From contig CAWHWX010000005.1 of assembly GCA_963833125.1 (NCBI GenBank), positions 32,001-96,000 of the forward strand: 64,000 bases of DNA, given 5' to 3'. The notes under the pieces were generated by a model. That model ran no database searches. It saw nothing but the letters and a program-made list of their open reading frames with translations, and was not told the origin of the DNA. A program made the position numbers and the translations under genes. Below, piece by piece: positions 52,386 through 62,562 of this stretch. Each line of letters begins with the position of its first letter. Position 1 is the first letter of the stretch. This stretch comes from Candidatus Bathyarchaeota archaeon. Lineage in GTDB: Archaea > Thermoproteota > Bathyarchaeia > 40CM-2-53-6.

Positions 52386-54005
52386 ATGACAACGTCTAAA
52401 ACAACCTTCATTCGTGACGCCACCGGTCTTGTCAGGCAATTCACGCTGGCAGATGCGTTCGGTTTGAGCGTGGGGTCATATGTCATAATGAACATGCTGC
52501 TTTGGCCAATATTGGTGGGGTTATACGCGTTCCCAGGTTTCGATTTTATTTTGTGCCTGATTATAGGTACGGTTTTTTGTGTTTTCTGGGCTCTAATCTT
52601 TGGATTGTTTGGTCAAATCATGCCGAGGTCAGGTGGAGACTACACGTATGTGACTAGAACATTCAATCCTGCCATAGGATTCGGCAGTAGTTTTGCCTTT
52701 ACAATGATTGTCGTCATAACTATACTTGGTATAGGTGGCACAACTTGGACCGGGTTATCGTTCGGGCTTTCCTCATATCTTGACGCTGTAGGGAGAATGA
52801 CCTCGAATCCAGGACTAGTGACGCTTGGCGAGAGCATAGTGACTGGCTACTCGGGTTTCTTGATCGGGACAGTTATCATTCTGATCGGAATTGCAATCAA
52901 CATGTTTTCTGCACGGCTTACTTCATGGTGTATCAGAATATTACTAGCTACCTCCATGATAACCATGCTTATTCCATTTGTGATTTTTGCCACATCAACG
53001 AATGCCCAGTACATCGTATCGTTCAACTCATTTGCTACCCGATATTACAACGGGACAACATATCAGGGAATTTTGACGGCCGCCCAGAGCAAAGGTTGGA
53101 CACCCAGTTCCTTCAGCATGACCAACACTCTCTTAGCATTACCTTTAGTTTTCCTAGGTTATCTTGGCTTTGGAGCCGTTTCCGCAGCAGGATCAGAGAT
53201 TAAAAGGCCTCAAAAAACTCTGATGGCAACGGTAATTCTTGCGATCGTTGCCGGGTTCGCGTACTCCGCGTTCGGATGGACAGTTATGCAGAATGCAGTG
53301 GGGTACGACTTCATGAGTGCTGCATCGTATCTTTCGAATACCGGCTATTTGCCCCTTCCCGCCTATTTTGCAACCCCTTTCTTCTTGGCTGCGCCCATTT
53401 ACCCTAATGTGTTAGTGATAACCCTAACCGTATACGCTTTCGTAGTCCAAAACACGATATTGTATTGCCTGGTTCTAGCACTCAATGCCTCACGATATAT
53501 GTTCGCATGGTCATTCGACAGAATTTTGCCTGCAGCAGTGGCGGACGTGAGCGACCGATTCCATACACCAATCAAGTCCCTTATAGTTGTCGCAATCCTA
53601 GCAATCGGTACGCTGGCCCTTTTCGCATTCGAACCATTTCTGACAGTTTATTTCAACGTACTGATTACCGTGTGGATCAGTCAAGTAATCCTAGGGGTTG
53701 CCGCGGCAGTATTTCCTTATTGGCGAAAGGACATTTTCAACTCGGCTCCTTCCAGCGCTCGGATGAGGGTTGGCAAGGTTCCATTTCTTACTATATGCGG
53801 GATTGTAACCGCAGTGGGCATGTCCATTGCAGCAGTGACATCCTTCTTCAATCCACTGGTAATAGGGCCCACAGGACCGTCAGCATTTGCACTGGGCGCT
53901 GCGCTGTATGTGGGAGCCATCGCTTGGTACTACATCATCAAGTATTACAGGAGAAAGCAGGGCATAGACCTCGGAATGATTTTCAAGGCGATTCCACCCG
54001 AGTAA
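52386..54005 (+). CDS. APC family amino-acid permease
   Basis: FIRDATGLVR, MPRSGGDY, SEIKRP, AWSFDRILP, C-terminal IPPE; many TM helices. Confidence 0.93.
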   Translation: MTTSKTTFIRDATGLVRQFTLADAFGLSVGSYVIMNMLLWPILVGLYAFPGFDFILCLIIGTVFCVFWALIFGLFGQIMPRSGGDYTYVTRTFNPAIGFGSSFAFTMIVVITILGIGGTTWTGLSFGLSSYLDAVGRMTSNPGLVTLGESIVTGYSGFLIGTVIILIGIAINMFSARLTSWCIRILLATSMITMLIPFVIFATSTNAQYIVSFNSFATRYYNGTTYQGILTAAQSKGWTPSSFSMTNTLLALPLVFLGYLGFGAVSAAGSEIKRPQKTLMATVILAIVAGFAYSAFGWTVMQNAVGYDFMSAASYLSNTGYLPLPAYFATPFFLAAPIYPNVLVITLTVYAFVVQNTILYCLVLALNASRYMFAWSFDRILPAAVADVSDRFHTPIKSLIVVAILAIGTLALFAFEPFLTVYFNVLITVWISQVILGVAAAVFPYWRKDIFNSAPSSARMRVGKVPFLTICGIVTAVGMSIAAVTSFFNPLVIGPTGPSAFALGAALYVGAIAWYYIIKYYRRKQGIDLGMIFKAIPPE

Positions 54006-54020
54006 ATGCAAATTCAATGA

Positions 54021-54860
54021 TTGCCTATGAATTCAGTAGATTCAAAGCTGATAATAACTGCAACTGTCGCCCCCTCGTGGATTTATCCACAATTGCGAAG
54101 ATGGCCCCAGACTGCCGAGGAATATGCAACAGAGGTTGTCGCTGCCTATGAGGCGGGTGCTAGTGTTGCACACATTCATGGAAAAGAAGTGTGGACAAAG
54201 GAATTTTACCAGAAAGTGTTCGACCTCATACGAGATGATTGCGACATTATCCTTCAGATGGGTCTATCCGCCCTGAAAATCGAACAGAGAATAAACCTGC
54301 TCGAAACTAAGCCTGAGATGTTGTCGATTATTCTGAATCACCATGACGAATACTTTCCTGAGTTGAAGCTTCGGATGATGCACACTCAGGAGGAACTCGT
54401 CGAATATACCGAACTCTGCAATAAATTCAAGATCAAACCCGAGTTCGAGCAATGGCATCAAGGATCAAACTGGAACCTTCGCTTCTTGGCGGAGAGAGGC
54501 CTTATCGAAAAACCATATTTCTTAAGCATGTTTTTCGCGTGGCCCGGAGGAATTTGGTCTCCTCCAACAGTAGAGGAGGTCATGTATCGATTCAAGACTG
54601 TACCAGACGGATCAATGTGTACCTTGAGCTGCATGGACGATGAACAGACAAAACTGGCAACGATGGCAATTTTACTCGGAGGACATGCAAGGGTTGGCTA
54701 TGAAGACAATCCATATTACGCCCCCGGAGTGCCCGCGAGGAGTGTCTCAGAACTAGTCGCAAGAATCAAGAGAATAGGAACAGAGCTGAATCGTAAGGCG
54801 GCTGACCCCACAGACGCTAGGAAAATGATTGGATTGAAGCAAATGGCACTTATTTCCTGA
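54021..54860 (+). CDS. Beta-keto acid cleavage enzyme (BKACE/Kce, DUF849)
   Basis: KLIITA, EAGASVAHIH, KPEFE, GGHARVGYEDN. Confidence 0.92.
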   Translation: MPMNSVDSKLIITATVAPSWIYPQLRRWPQTAEEYATEVVAAYEAGASVAHIHGKEVWTKEFYQKVFDLIRDDCDIILQMGLSALKIEQRINLLETKPEMLSIILNHHDEYFPELKLRMMHTQEELVEYTELCNKFKIKPEFEQWHQGSNWNLRFLAERGLIEKPYFLSMFFAWPGGIWSPPTVEEVMYRFKTVPDGSMCTLSCMDDEQTKLATMAILLGGHARVGYEDNPYYAPGVPARSVSELVARIKRIGTELNRKAADPTDARKMIGLKQMALIS

Positions 54861-55053
54861 GAAGGCGTGCCGGACCATTCTTAGGTACCACCCAATCTTT
54901 GGTTCACGATCGAACAACTCCTTAAGGACACATGGACTAGCGTTGAATAGTCTAATTTTGAAGACCTAGGATCACGGAACACATGCTAATTTAGAATCAT
55001 GTTGCTTAGATTCACGGCTGGCCAAGACAAGTGGTTAGGATGTGTAGAGGCCA

Positions 55054-56100
55054 TTGACTGAAGCAAAAATGAAAGCCGCGATTCTCAAAGAACTTAGAAA
55101 GCCTCTGAGTGTGGAGGAGGTTGATGTCCCAGAACTCGGTCCTGGAGAAGTTCTAGTGAAAACCATGGCTTGTGGAATATGCGGCACCGACTTGCATATT
55201 ATCGACGGAACTGGCTACAAACCTCAATTGCCACATATCCTAGGGCATGAACCGGCAGGTATTGTTTCAGAAGTCGGAATAGGCGTCTCTCGCATCAAAA
55301 CAGGTGACCGCGTTCTGCCAAACATCTTCTTCACATGTGGAGAGTGTTATTACTGTCGTACAAACCGCGAAACACTCTGCACAAACTTCACCGGCGCGTC
55401 GCCTGCGCTTGGTGTTGGAAGGGCCGGGGGATATGCTCAGTATTTCAAAGCTCCGGCCAAAAATCTCTTCGTCTTACCGGGAAAGATCGGCTTTCCTCAA
55501 GGGTCCGTCATCGCAGACGCCGTGGTGACGGCAGTGCATGCAGTTTATCGTCGCGCTCACACAAAGGCAGGGGACACACTGCTCGTAATCGGACCTGGTG
55601 GCATCGGTCAAACGGTTATTCAAATAGCCAAGCATGCGGGTGCGCGCGTTATCGCGACCGGACGTCGGCCAGCCCGGTTGGATCAAGCGCTAAAGCTCAA
55701 TGCGGATGCAGTCATTAATTCCACGGAACAGAACGTCCCGGATACGGCAAAGGCCTTAACCGGGGGCGTAGGAGTCGATGTTGTCATTGACAATGTTGGC
55801 TCTAACGAAACTCTTCTCCAAGGAATTGGGTCTTTGAGACCTGGCGGTAAGATTGTGATGATTGGGGAGACAGAAGATACTATTCCACTTTCGACATTTC
55901 ATCTATGTGTAAACGAGTTCGAAATAGTAGGATCTAGGTCCGGAGGGCGTCAGGACACGGTGGAAGCGATAGACCTCGTGGCTAGTGGAGTGGTCACCCC
56001 TTACATCAGTGATATTCTCCCGCTGTCTAGGATTAACGAATTGATCGAACGAATCAGACTGGGGAAGGTAATGGGCAGAGCCGTCGTTACAATGGATTAG
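55054..56100 (+). CDS. Zinc-dependent alcohol dehydrogenase (MDR)
   Basis: CGTD, GHE, CGECYYC....C, GPGGIG. Confidence 0.94.
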   Translation: MTEAKMKAAILKELRKPLSVEEVDVPELGPGEVLVKTMACGICGTDLHIIDGTGYKPQLPHILGHEPAGIVSEVGIGVSRIKTGDRVLPNIFFTCGECYYCRTNRETLCTNFTGASPALGVGRAGGYAQYFKAPAKNLFVLPGKIGFPQGSVIADAVVTAVHAVYRRAHTKAGDTLLVIGPGGIGQTVIQIAKHAGARVIATGRRPARLDQALKLNADAVINSTEQNVPDTAKALTGGVGVDVVIDNVGSNETLLQGIGSLRPGGKIVMIGETEDTIPLSTFHLCVNEFEIVGSRSGGRQDTVEAIDLVASGVVTPYISDILPLSRINELIERIRLGKVMGRAVVTMD

Positions 56101-56158
56101 CCTTCATGGTCCAGGTCAAACTATTCCCTTACCGAACCACTCGCGGCTACACATGAGG

Positions 56159-57160
56159 TCACGTACGTTTGAAGCACGGAAGCAAATCTCTTTCACACAT
56201 TCCCAGAAACTCCTCTTCAGATGGACTCGCACTGTGAAGTTGAATCTCATTATACCCCAAGTCGATTGCGTTTTTCACTTTCTTTACTATGTCTTCCGGG
56301 TCGGATGTGATAGTCCATGCTTTCGTGAGTTCCGAATCTGAGATCTGTTGCCCCAATCTTTCGAGTTCTCGCGGATCTGCAATGGGGAGGTTCCAGATAT
56401 TTGGTATTAACGCTGATTTCCATTTTCTCGCTGAAACAAGTGCATCATCGTAGGTCTTGGAGTAGGACACGAAAAGCTCGACGTTCTTATCCAATTTGCT
56501 TGCATCGCAACCAGCATCCTTCGCTGCATGATCAATTATTGGCCAGAGACGTTTTATGTCGTCTTTGGCAGAATCCACTGTGGCGTAACCATCTGCATAC
56601 CTACCTACCAATGTTGCGGTCTGAGGACCATTCGCCGCAATGTAGATTGGGATGGAGCTTTTGGGCTTAGTGTAAAGTTTCGCGCCATTCAGCTTGTAAA
56701 AGCTGCCAGAGTAATTCACAAAATCAGATGTCCAAAGTTGACGAATTATCTCAACAGACTCCTTGATTCTCTGTAGTCTTTCCTGAAATTTCGGCCAAGG
56801 ATAACCTAACGGTGAATCATTCATAGCCTCGCCAGTTCCTAGAGCGATGAATATTCTTCCAGGAAACATCCTATCCATTGTGGCAAAGGCTTGAGCGACG
56901 ACCGCGGGGTGGTATCTTCCTATCGGGGCGGTCACTATCGTTCCGAACCTGACGGCCGGGATGGTTGCTGCCGCGGCTGGAATCCATGACCAGGCAAATG
57001 GGCAAGCTGCCTGCGTGTTAAACCAAGGATGAAAGTGGTCGCTTATAGGGATAAAATCAAAGCCAGCTCTCTGAGCACGAGCGGCGTATCGTAGAAGGTC
57101 TTCGGGCTGATGACCTTCAGCTTCAACTCTATAGCCAAACTGATTTCGCATGTGAATCAC
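56159..57160 (-). CDS. F420-dependent LLM oxidoreductase (G6PDH-F420 family)
   Basis: SDHFHPW, RYHPAVVAQAFAT, GTGEAMN. Confidence 0.9.
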   Translation of the reverse strand: MIHMRNQFGYRVEAEGHQPEDLLRYAARAQRAGFDFIPISDHFHPWFNTQAACPFAWSWIPAAAATIPAVRFGTIVTAPIGRYHPAVVAQAFATMDRMFPGRIFIALGTGEAMNDSPLGYPWPKFQERLQRIKESVEIIRQLWTSDFVNYSGSFYKLNGAKLYTKPKSSIPIYIAANGPQTATLVGRYADGYATVDSAKDDIKRLWPIIDHAAKDAGCDASKLDKNVELFVSYSKTYDDALVSARKWKSALIPNIWNLPIADPRELERLGQQISDSELTKAWTITSDPEDIVKKVKNAIDLGYNEIQLHSASPSEEEFLGMCERDLLPCFKRT

Positions 57161-57183
57161 ACAAAGCTACTGTTTGGCGTGAG

Positions 57184-57222
57184 TCTTTTCTAATCTTTCT
57201 TTCTTTTCTAATCTTTTCTAAT
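57184..57222. repeat. Three copies of TCTTTTCTAAT in a divergent promoter region
   Basis: Copies at 57184, 57202, 57212. Confidence 0.7.
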
Positions 57223-57363
57223 AACATGTATGGCTCCACTGGCTTTGGAGTCAACTTTCAGTAGCTTAGGTTGAGTTTGCCGAATAAAGAATGGGCGATG
57301 TCGCATTAATCATTATTATAGAGTTAGGAGGACCATGCAACCATTAGAAGGGATGCATGAGCT

Positions 57364-58206
57364 TTGGTAGTAAAACTCAGCTGTTGTACCCTTGGCTACT
57401 TTAGAAGCACCACTGTTGAGGATGCGATCAAAAGAATAGCGAACATAGGCTACAAAGGAATAGACCTTTACACAGGAGCACCGCACCTTTGGCCCAGCGA
57501 CTATTCCCGACAAGATAGACAGAACGTTAAGAAGTTAATCGATCAACATGGCCTTAAACTGACCGGCTTTGCTCTTTCAGGCGGCTTGCTTGGGTTACAA
57601 TATAATTTCGGTTGTCCTAGAAGCACTATCCGCAAATTGACACTCCAGTATTATCTTGACCACGTTGAACTCGCCAGCGAATTAGGATGTCCGCTCTTCA
57701 ACGTTCTAACAGGCAACGTGTTACACGGAACGACAAGAGAACAGGCACGAAAATGGACTATGGAAGCTCTCCACGAGTTGACTGCAGAAGCCGAAAAGAA
57801 GAAGGTGATTTTAGGACTGCACCCGCAATACATCGCTGAAAGCACTCTAATGCTCACTGTTGATGACGCACTAGAGATGATTAAGGAATTGAGTTCGAAG
57901 TGGGTGAAGATAATCTACGACACTGCTCAGCAGAACATCGTCTATCGAAATTTCATGGACGACATACGTGCATGTGGCGATAAGTTGTGCTATGTTCACG
58001 CAGCTGACAACGATGGTATTCGTTGGACTCACGACGCAATAGGTAGAGGTACTGTCGACTGGGAAGGAATCCTAAGAGCACTGAAGGAGATAGGATTTGA
58101 GGGGAGCATGTGCGTCCAATGCTTTTCAGACCTTCCGAACGACGCTGACTCCGTGCTGCGAGAGTCGAAAAATTACTTGGAGAAACTAATCAAAGAGATC
58201 GCCTAG
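57364..58206 (+). CDS. FrlC-like TIM-barrel epimerase with an altered active site
   Basis: GYKGIDL..GAPH, HAADNDG...H..GRG.VDW. Confidence 0.85.
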   Translation: MVVKLSCCTLGYFRSTTVEDAIKRIANIGYKGIDLYTGAPHLWPSDYSRQDRQNVKKLIDQHGLKLTGFALSGGLLGLQYNFGCPRSTIRKLTLQYYLDHVELASELGCPLFNVLTGNVLHGTTREQARKWTMEALHELTAEAEKKKVILGLHPQYIAESTLMLTVDDALEMIKELSSKWVKIIYDTAQQNIVYRNFMDDIRACGDKLCYVHAADNDGIRWTHDAIGRGTVDWEGILRALKEIGFEGSMCVQCFSDLPNDADSVLRESKNYLEKLIKEIA

Positions 58207-58358
58207 GAAAGCTAAGAATCCGTATTACATTTCCGGCCACCAACACAAAAACAATGGGCGCCGAATTTTAGGACGATTATGAGGGTTCAAACGAGGGTGT
58301 AAAGCTACTCCCCCGCACCATCTAGTCATTAATGCATAGACATTTGGAGAAAGCGAGC

Positions 58359-58383
58359 GGTTCAAATCTGGCTGCCCGCACCA
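58359..58383 (+). repeat. Remnant 3' end of a second tRNA (att scar)
   Basis: GGTTCAAATCTGGCTGCCCGCACCA: T-loop plus acceptor strand plus CCA, with no 5' half. Confidence 0.6.
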
Positions 58384-58664
58384 GGTGACCCGCCGCCGCC
58401 CGTGACGAAGCACGCTTCGCTCGCTTACTTGGTTAGGATGGTGCTCGCTTCGCTCGCACAACATTCTGTACGCTAGGAACCTGAACGGTTGGGAATGCTT
58501 TTCTCATCGTTTGTAAAATATGAGAAACGCTAGGGCTACGAATCCAATACTAGATTCAAGGAAAGCGGAATATGAACCACAATGCCGAAAAGAGAGAGAA
58601 TTCTTCAAGAAAGACTAGACGTGTGATAGATAGATTTTCTCAGCCAAGATAAGGGTGCCGCGCA

Positions 58665-59570
58665 TTGAAGGGGAGTAAGTGGACCTATGCTATCCCAATA
58701 GGTGTGTGTGTACTGGCTCTGCTCGCGCAAATGCCTCTGAATGCTCTTGGTCAGTGGCCACCGAATGAGAATACATTGACCGTAAACATCTGGCTTAGTC
58801 CTCCAGCACAACTTTCACTTGGGATGTACGATACACGCTCACCGATTGAAATCTTCACACTCGTTACCAACAATTCCCCAAACGATTTCCCCGGTGGAAA
58901 CCTAACTGGTTCAATATTGCCTCCGTCAGCGACCAGATATGTCTTTCCGGTTATCTATGATGTGCCGCCGCTAGCGCGAAACGAAAGTAAACTCTTCAAT
59001 TTGACCGCTTTTCAACCGCCCGAGCCCGGTATATACGTTGTAAGCTACGACAAGTACTTACAGACCAAGTACCTAGCAAATCCCGAATGGCAAGCGTCCG
59101 GCGGGTTCTCCGAATTCTATGTTGAGTCAGCATCAACACTAATCGAATTCTGGTCAGTCATAACTGTGGTGACAGTAGGCGTTTTTTCAGTTGTTGCATC
59201 CATCACTGTACCTGCCCTGGCCGAACGGCGAAGAACACGCAGACTCAACGAGAGACGCAAAATTGCCGCCTACAGACTACTAAAGGGGTTACTAACACCA
59301 GTAGAGAGCAGGTCAAGGACACTTGCACCACCTCAGGCAGCGCCCTTCCAGCAGGCATATCTGACTCAACATGAACTTGACAGAATCAACCAAATCATTG
59401 CCGACTATCATGACGTGCTAGAAGATAGTACCGCGCAGCTGTGGGACAGAACAAATGTCTCATCTGTAACGACACGCAAAGCCGCTGGAATCTCAGCGCC
59501 TTACGTCATGGACCTACGGACATTTGCGGAAAATGTGCACACTCGATACGCATCGCTGATCGTCCCTTGA
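58665..59570 (+). CDS. Hypothetical membrane protein (signal peptide, Ig-like domain, TM)
   Basis: 301 aa ORF with two hydrophobic segments. Confidence 0.7.
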   Translation: MKGSKWTYAIPIGVCVLALLAQMPLNALGQWPPNENTLTVNIWLSPPAQLSLGMYDTRSPIEIFTLVTNNSPNDFPGGNLTGSILPPSATRYVFPVIYDVPPLARNESKLFNLTAFQPPEPGIYVVSYDKYLQTKYLANPEWQASGGFSEFYVESASTLIEFWSVITVVTVGVFSVVASITVPALAERRRTRRLNERRKIAAYRLLKGLLTPVESRSRTLAPPQAAPFQQAYLTQHELDRINQIIADYHDVLEDSTAQLWDRTNVSSVTTRKAAGISAPYVMDLRTFAENVHTRYASLIVP

Positions 59571-59596
59571 ACTCACTTTGTTTGGTTTGAAGACTT

Positions 59597-60256
59597 TTGT
59601 CAAATGAGAAGAAGCCCGTTCTCCGAGAAACGTGGAAGATTATCAAGGATATTCTTGCAGTAATCTCTGCAATTGCAGCAGTTACTGACTTGTACCAATC
59701 GCGCATGATTCTGTGGCAGGCAATCCAAACAGGAGAACCATTGCTAGTGACCGTTGTCCTACTGCAGACCTCATGGTTTTTGTTTGGCGTCTTCTTGTTG
59801 TGTGCAATACTTGTATTCCATCACAATGACCGGTTGACCAAGGACAATTTGATTCCTTCAACCGTGGCTCTTCTAATCGCGAGTTTTCTGCTGACGTGGG
59901 GTATCCGAGCATCATACTTCGGTGTAACTGGACACATATACCCGGGCCAAAACCTGCTTGAGTTTAGGGTTGAGACAATAGTTGCTGCTGCTGTGCTTTT
60001 CGTCTGCGGTATTATCCTTGTGATTATCCCGATCTGGGCAGAGTCCGAAGGTGAAATTCCTGAGCTTGTCTTTGATAGAAAGCCCGTAACAGACCCAAAC
60101 CAGATAGCGAAATTGCAAGAAAATCTGCGGTCAATATTGGACGAAAAGCACACGCCTTCTTGTAACGTTCAAGAGAGGAAGTGCCAAAAATTACGAATGT
60201 TTCACTATGGCCTAGCCAAATCTGAAGCGAAGTGTAAATGCTCATGCCACAAATGA
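59597..60256 (+). CDS. Hypothetical multi-TM protein with a Cys/His-rich C-terminus
   Basis: About 4 TM helices; H...C...C...CKCSCH. Confidence 0.7.
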   Translation: MSNEKKPVLRETWKIIKDILAVISAIAAVTDLYQSRMILWQAIQTGEPLLVTVVLLQTSWFLFGVFLLCAILVFHHNDRLTKDNLIPSTVALLIASFLLTWGIRASYFGVTGHIYPGQNLLEFRVETIVAAAVLFVCGIILVIIPIWAESEGEIPELVFDRKPVTDPNQIAKLQENLRSILDEKHTPSCNVQERKCQKLRMFHYGLAKSEAKCKCSCHK

Positions 60257-60413
60257 CAAATCCGTCAATCCGTCAGGGCATCAGTTACGTCACTTATCCA
60301 CGCACGAGACCGAACTAAACCTGCAAGCTCTAAGCCAGCAAGTGTCCCAAAGCACAATCAAATAGAACTTTCTCGGGGTACTTTCATTCGCAGTCATACG
60401 TTAGGCAGCCCAT

Positions 60414-60815
60414 TTGTATATTCGGTACGTAACTGTTGACAAGAAGGCCCGTCTCTTGACACGAAGAAAACGAATACCTTTCACCCCAACCCTCGTTGCG
60501 CTTATTGGGCTAGCTCTAAGCATATTTCTGATGGCGTCCAATTCTAGAGGTACAATCGTGATGAAACTTGGCGAGTTTGAACTGCAAACTGACATGGTGG
60601 GTTTTGCAGTCTTTGTCGCCGTGCTTGGATACGTGGCATACATCGTCCGAGTTACGTACAGGAATGGAAAAAGTGGACGGCGAGAAATCCCTTTTTACGA
60701 CCCTCCCTCGCCGCACGATACGAGCGGAACCATTGAGTGTTACAGGTGTGGCAAGAAGATGTCTCGGTCACTGCCAGCATGTCCCTATTGCGGTCATAAG
60801 CGACCGCTGTACTAG
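60414..60815 (+). CDS. 2-TM protein with a C-terminal zinc ribbon
   Basis: CYRCG...CPYCG. Confidence 0.7.
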   Translation: MYIRYVTVDKKARLLTRRKRIPFTPTLVALIGLALSIFLMASNSRGTIVMKLGEFELQTDMVGFAVFVAVLGYVAYIVRVTYRNGKSGRREIPFYDPPSPHDTSGTIECYRCGKKMSRSLPACPYCGHKRPLY

Positions 60816-60873
60816 GTGATAACTACTTTTCCCTATCATTCTCATCATCAGCGAGCCGAGTGATAGTCTATGA

Positions 60874-61407
60874 TTAAGGGCCGTTCTTAATCAGGTCGAC
60901 TAGCTTGCCATAAAGGACATCAAAGACTATCTCAACCGTTTCTTCGACAGACTCAAGGTATTCCTTGCTAGTCTGAACGCCTGACCAAAGGCGCAGATTT
61001 CTGCCGGGATGAACCAAGTCTCTTACCTCTCGAACAACATCTGCAAAGTACCACACATCACCTTGCTTTAGAGCGTCATCTGAGTCGATCTCCGACTTTC
61101 GTGCAATCTTGTCAATAGGAACTTTCGTAGGCAACCATTTCATTTCATTCGCCAAAACTAGAAGGTCATAAAGATTCCATTCCCTGAGATCTGGCTTCTG
61201 TTTCGTTCGGAAGGTCTCCGAACGAGACACTTCGTCTTCACAACAGTAGGCCATTCCCAGCAGACCCGCTTCCATTGCCGCACCAATCATCACGCAACTA
61301 GCTAATGACGCACCAGCCTTCTTGCATTTGTCTACTTCTAACCTATTTTGCTCGATAAGTTTCAAAAGAGAGTTGAATTCGTCATCGCTAACGCTTAACA
61401 TGGGCAT
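60874..61407 (-). CDS. HEPN-like hypothetical protein
   Basis: IGAAMEAGL, LYDLLVLA, VRDLVHPG. Confidence 0.65.
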   Translation of the reverse strand: MPMLSVSDDEFNSLLKLIEQNRLEVDKCKKAGASLASCVMIGAAMEAGLLGMAYCCEDEVSRSETFRTKQKPDLREWNLYDLLVLANEMKWLPTKVPIDKIARKSEIDSDDALKQGDVWYFADVVREVRDLVHPGRNLRLWSGVQTSKEYLESVEETVEIVFDVLYGKLVDLIKNGP

Positions 61408-61510
61408 CTAACTCTTCAACCAGAGTTTGAATGCTTCCTCTAAGGTCTTGGTTGCTGCATCTTTCAAGGGCGTACCCTAAACTAGAGTTGCCCTATGGAG
61501 CATCATCGCA

Positions 61511-62486
61511 TTGAACTCTTCGCACTTTGACTCGGATCCAGGCTTGAGCTGGTCTAGAATGATGCCTAGCGGGGAATCAGTGGGCCTGTCAAGACACCGA
61601 CAGCAGATATCGTTCGATCGCGGAGCGATTGATGCGAGTATCGGTTATCTGAAGAATAGGACAAATGGGAACTTTGAAGGGATCATATCGACGCCCGGAG
61701 GCAAGCTTGCGTACAGGCATCATCTATGGTCCTCAATTTCGTCAAGATTGGCCATTAGGGAATTTTGGAAGAAGCAATTGGAGGGACTCCAATGGAGCCA
61801 ACAGCTGGAGACCGCAATTACAGACATTATTCAATATTTGTCTGATCGGAAAAGAGACTGGCTTCCTGCAACTCTGAGGTATGTTCCGCGAGGGCATGTC
61901 TTCAATAGCACGATCTACCTGATCGGAGGCTACGACAACATCGTCTACGGCGAAGATGTTGCATTGAATCTCAACTTCAAAAAATTCCAGGCCGACCATC
62001 GAGAAGCCGTATACTACTTGATTCACGAGCTGGCACACGCAGGATATTTCAGGTACCGTCGAATGCCAAACCTTGTAAACCTCAAGACGTTGCGCGACCT
62101 ATTGAATTCAGTGAGGCTATTGACGCATCTTGAAGGCATGGGCGTTATTAGCCCATTCAAGCTAAGGATGAAGGAGGGCGGCCTCTCGGACTGCGGACTA
62201 CAAAGTCCTGCTGAACCAAGAGGAAAGAGAGGCAAGGGTCCACGATTACTTCTCAAGACTGTCGAGCCTGGAGGATGCTCCGAACCGAAAACTGGACAAA
62301 GAGGATTATCAGATTCTAGAAGATTGCAGCTGTCAACCCAAACGCCTATGGTACATAACGAGGGGCCACATGGCCTTGAAAATTGAAGACCGGTATGGGA
62401 CCGCCAAATTAGGCAGGATCGTGAGAAAAGGTCATGAAGCATTCTTCAAATCATATTTGCAGATAGAGAATCCTGGGTTAACTTAG
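61511..62486 (+). CDS. Putative Zn-dependent protease (DUF5700-like), frameshifted near 62195
   Basis: IHELAHAGY...HLEGMG; C-terminus WYIT..HMALKIE in another frame. Confidence 0.7.
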
Positions 62487-62562
62487 CTTCCCCCCGTAAC
62501 GCATGAAAACGGGTGAAGGAGGGCTCGAAACCCTGATTTGTTTGCAACATTAAGACCAGTCC

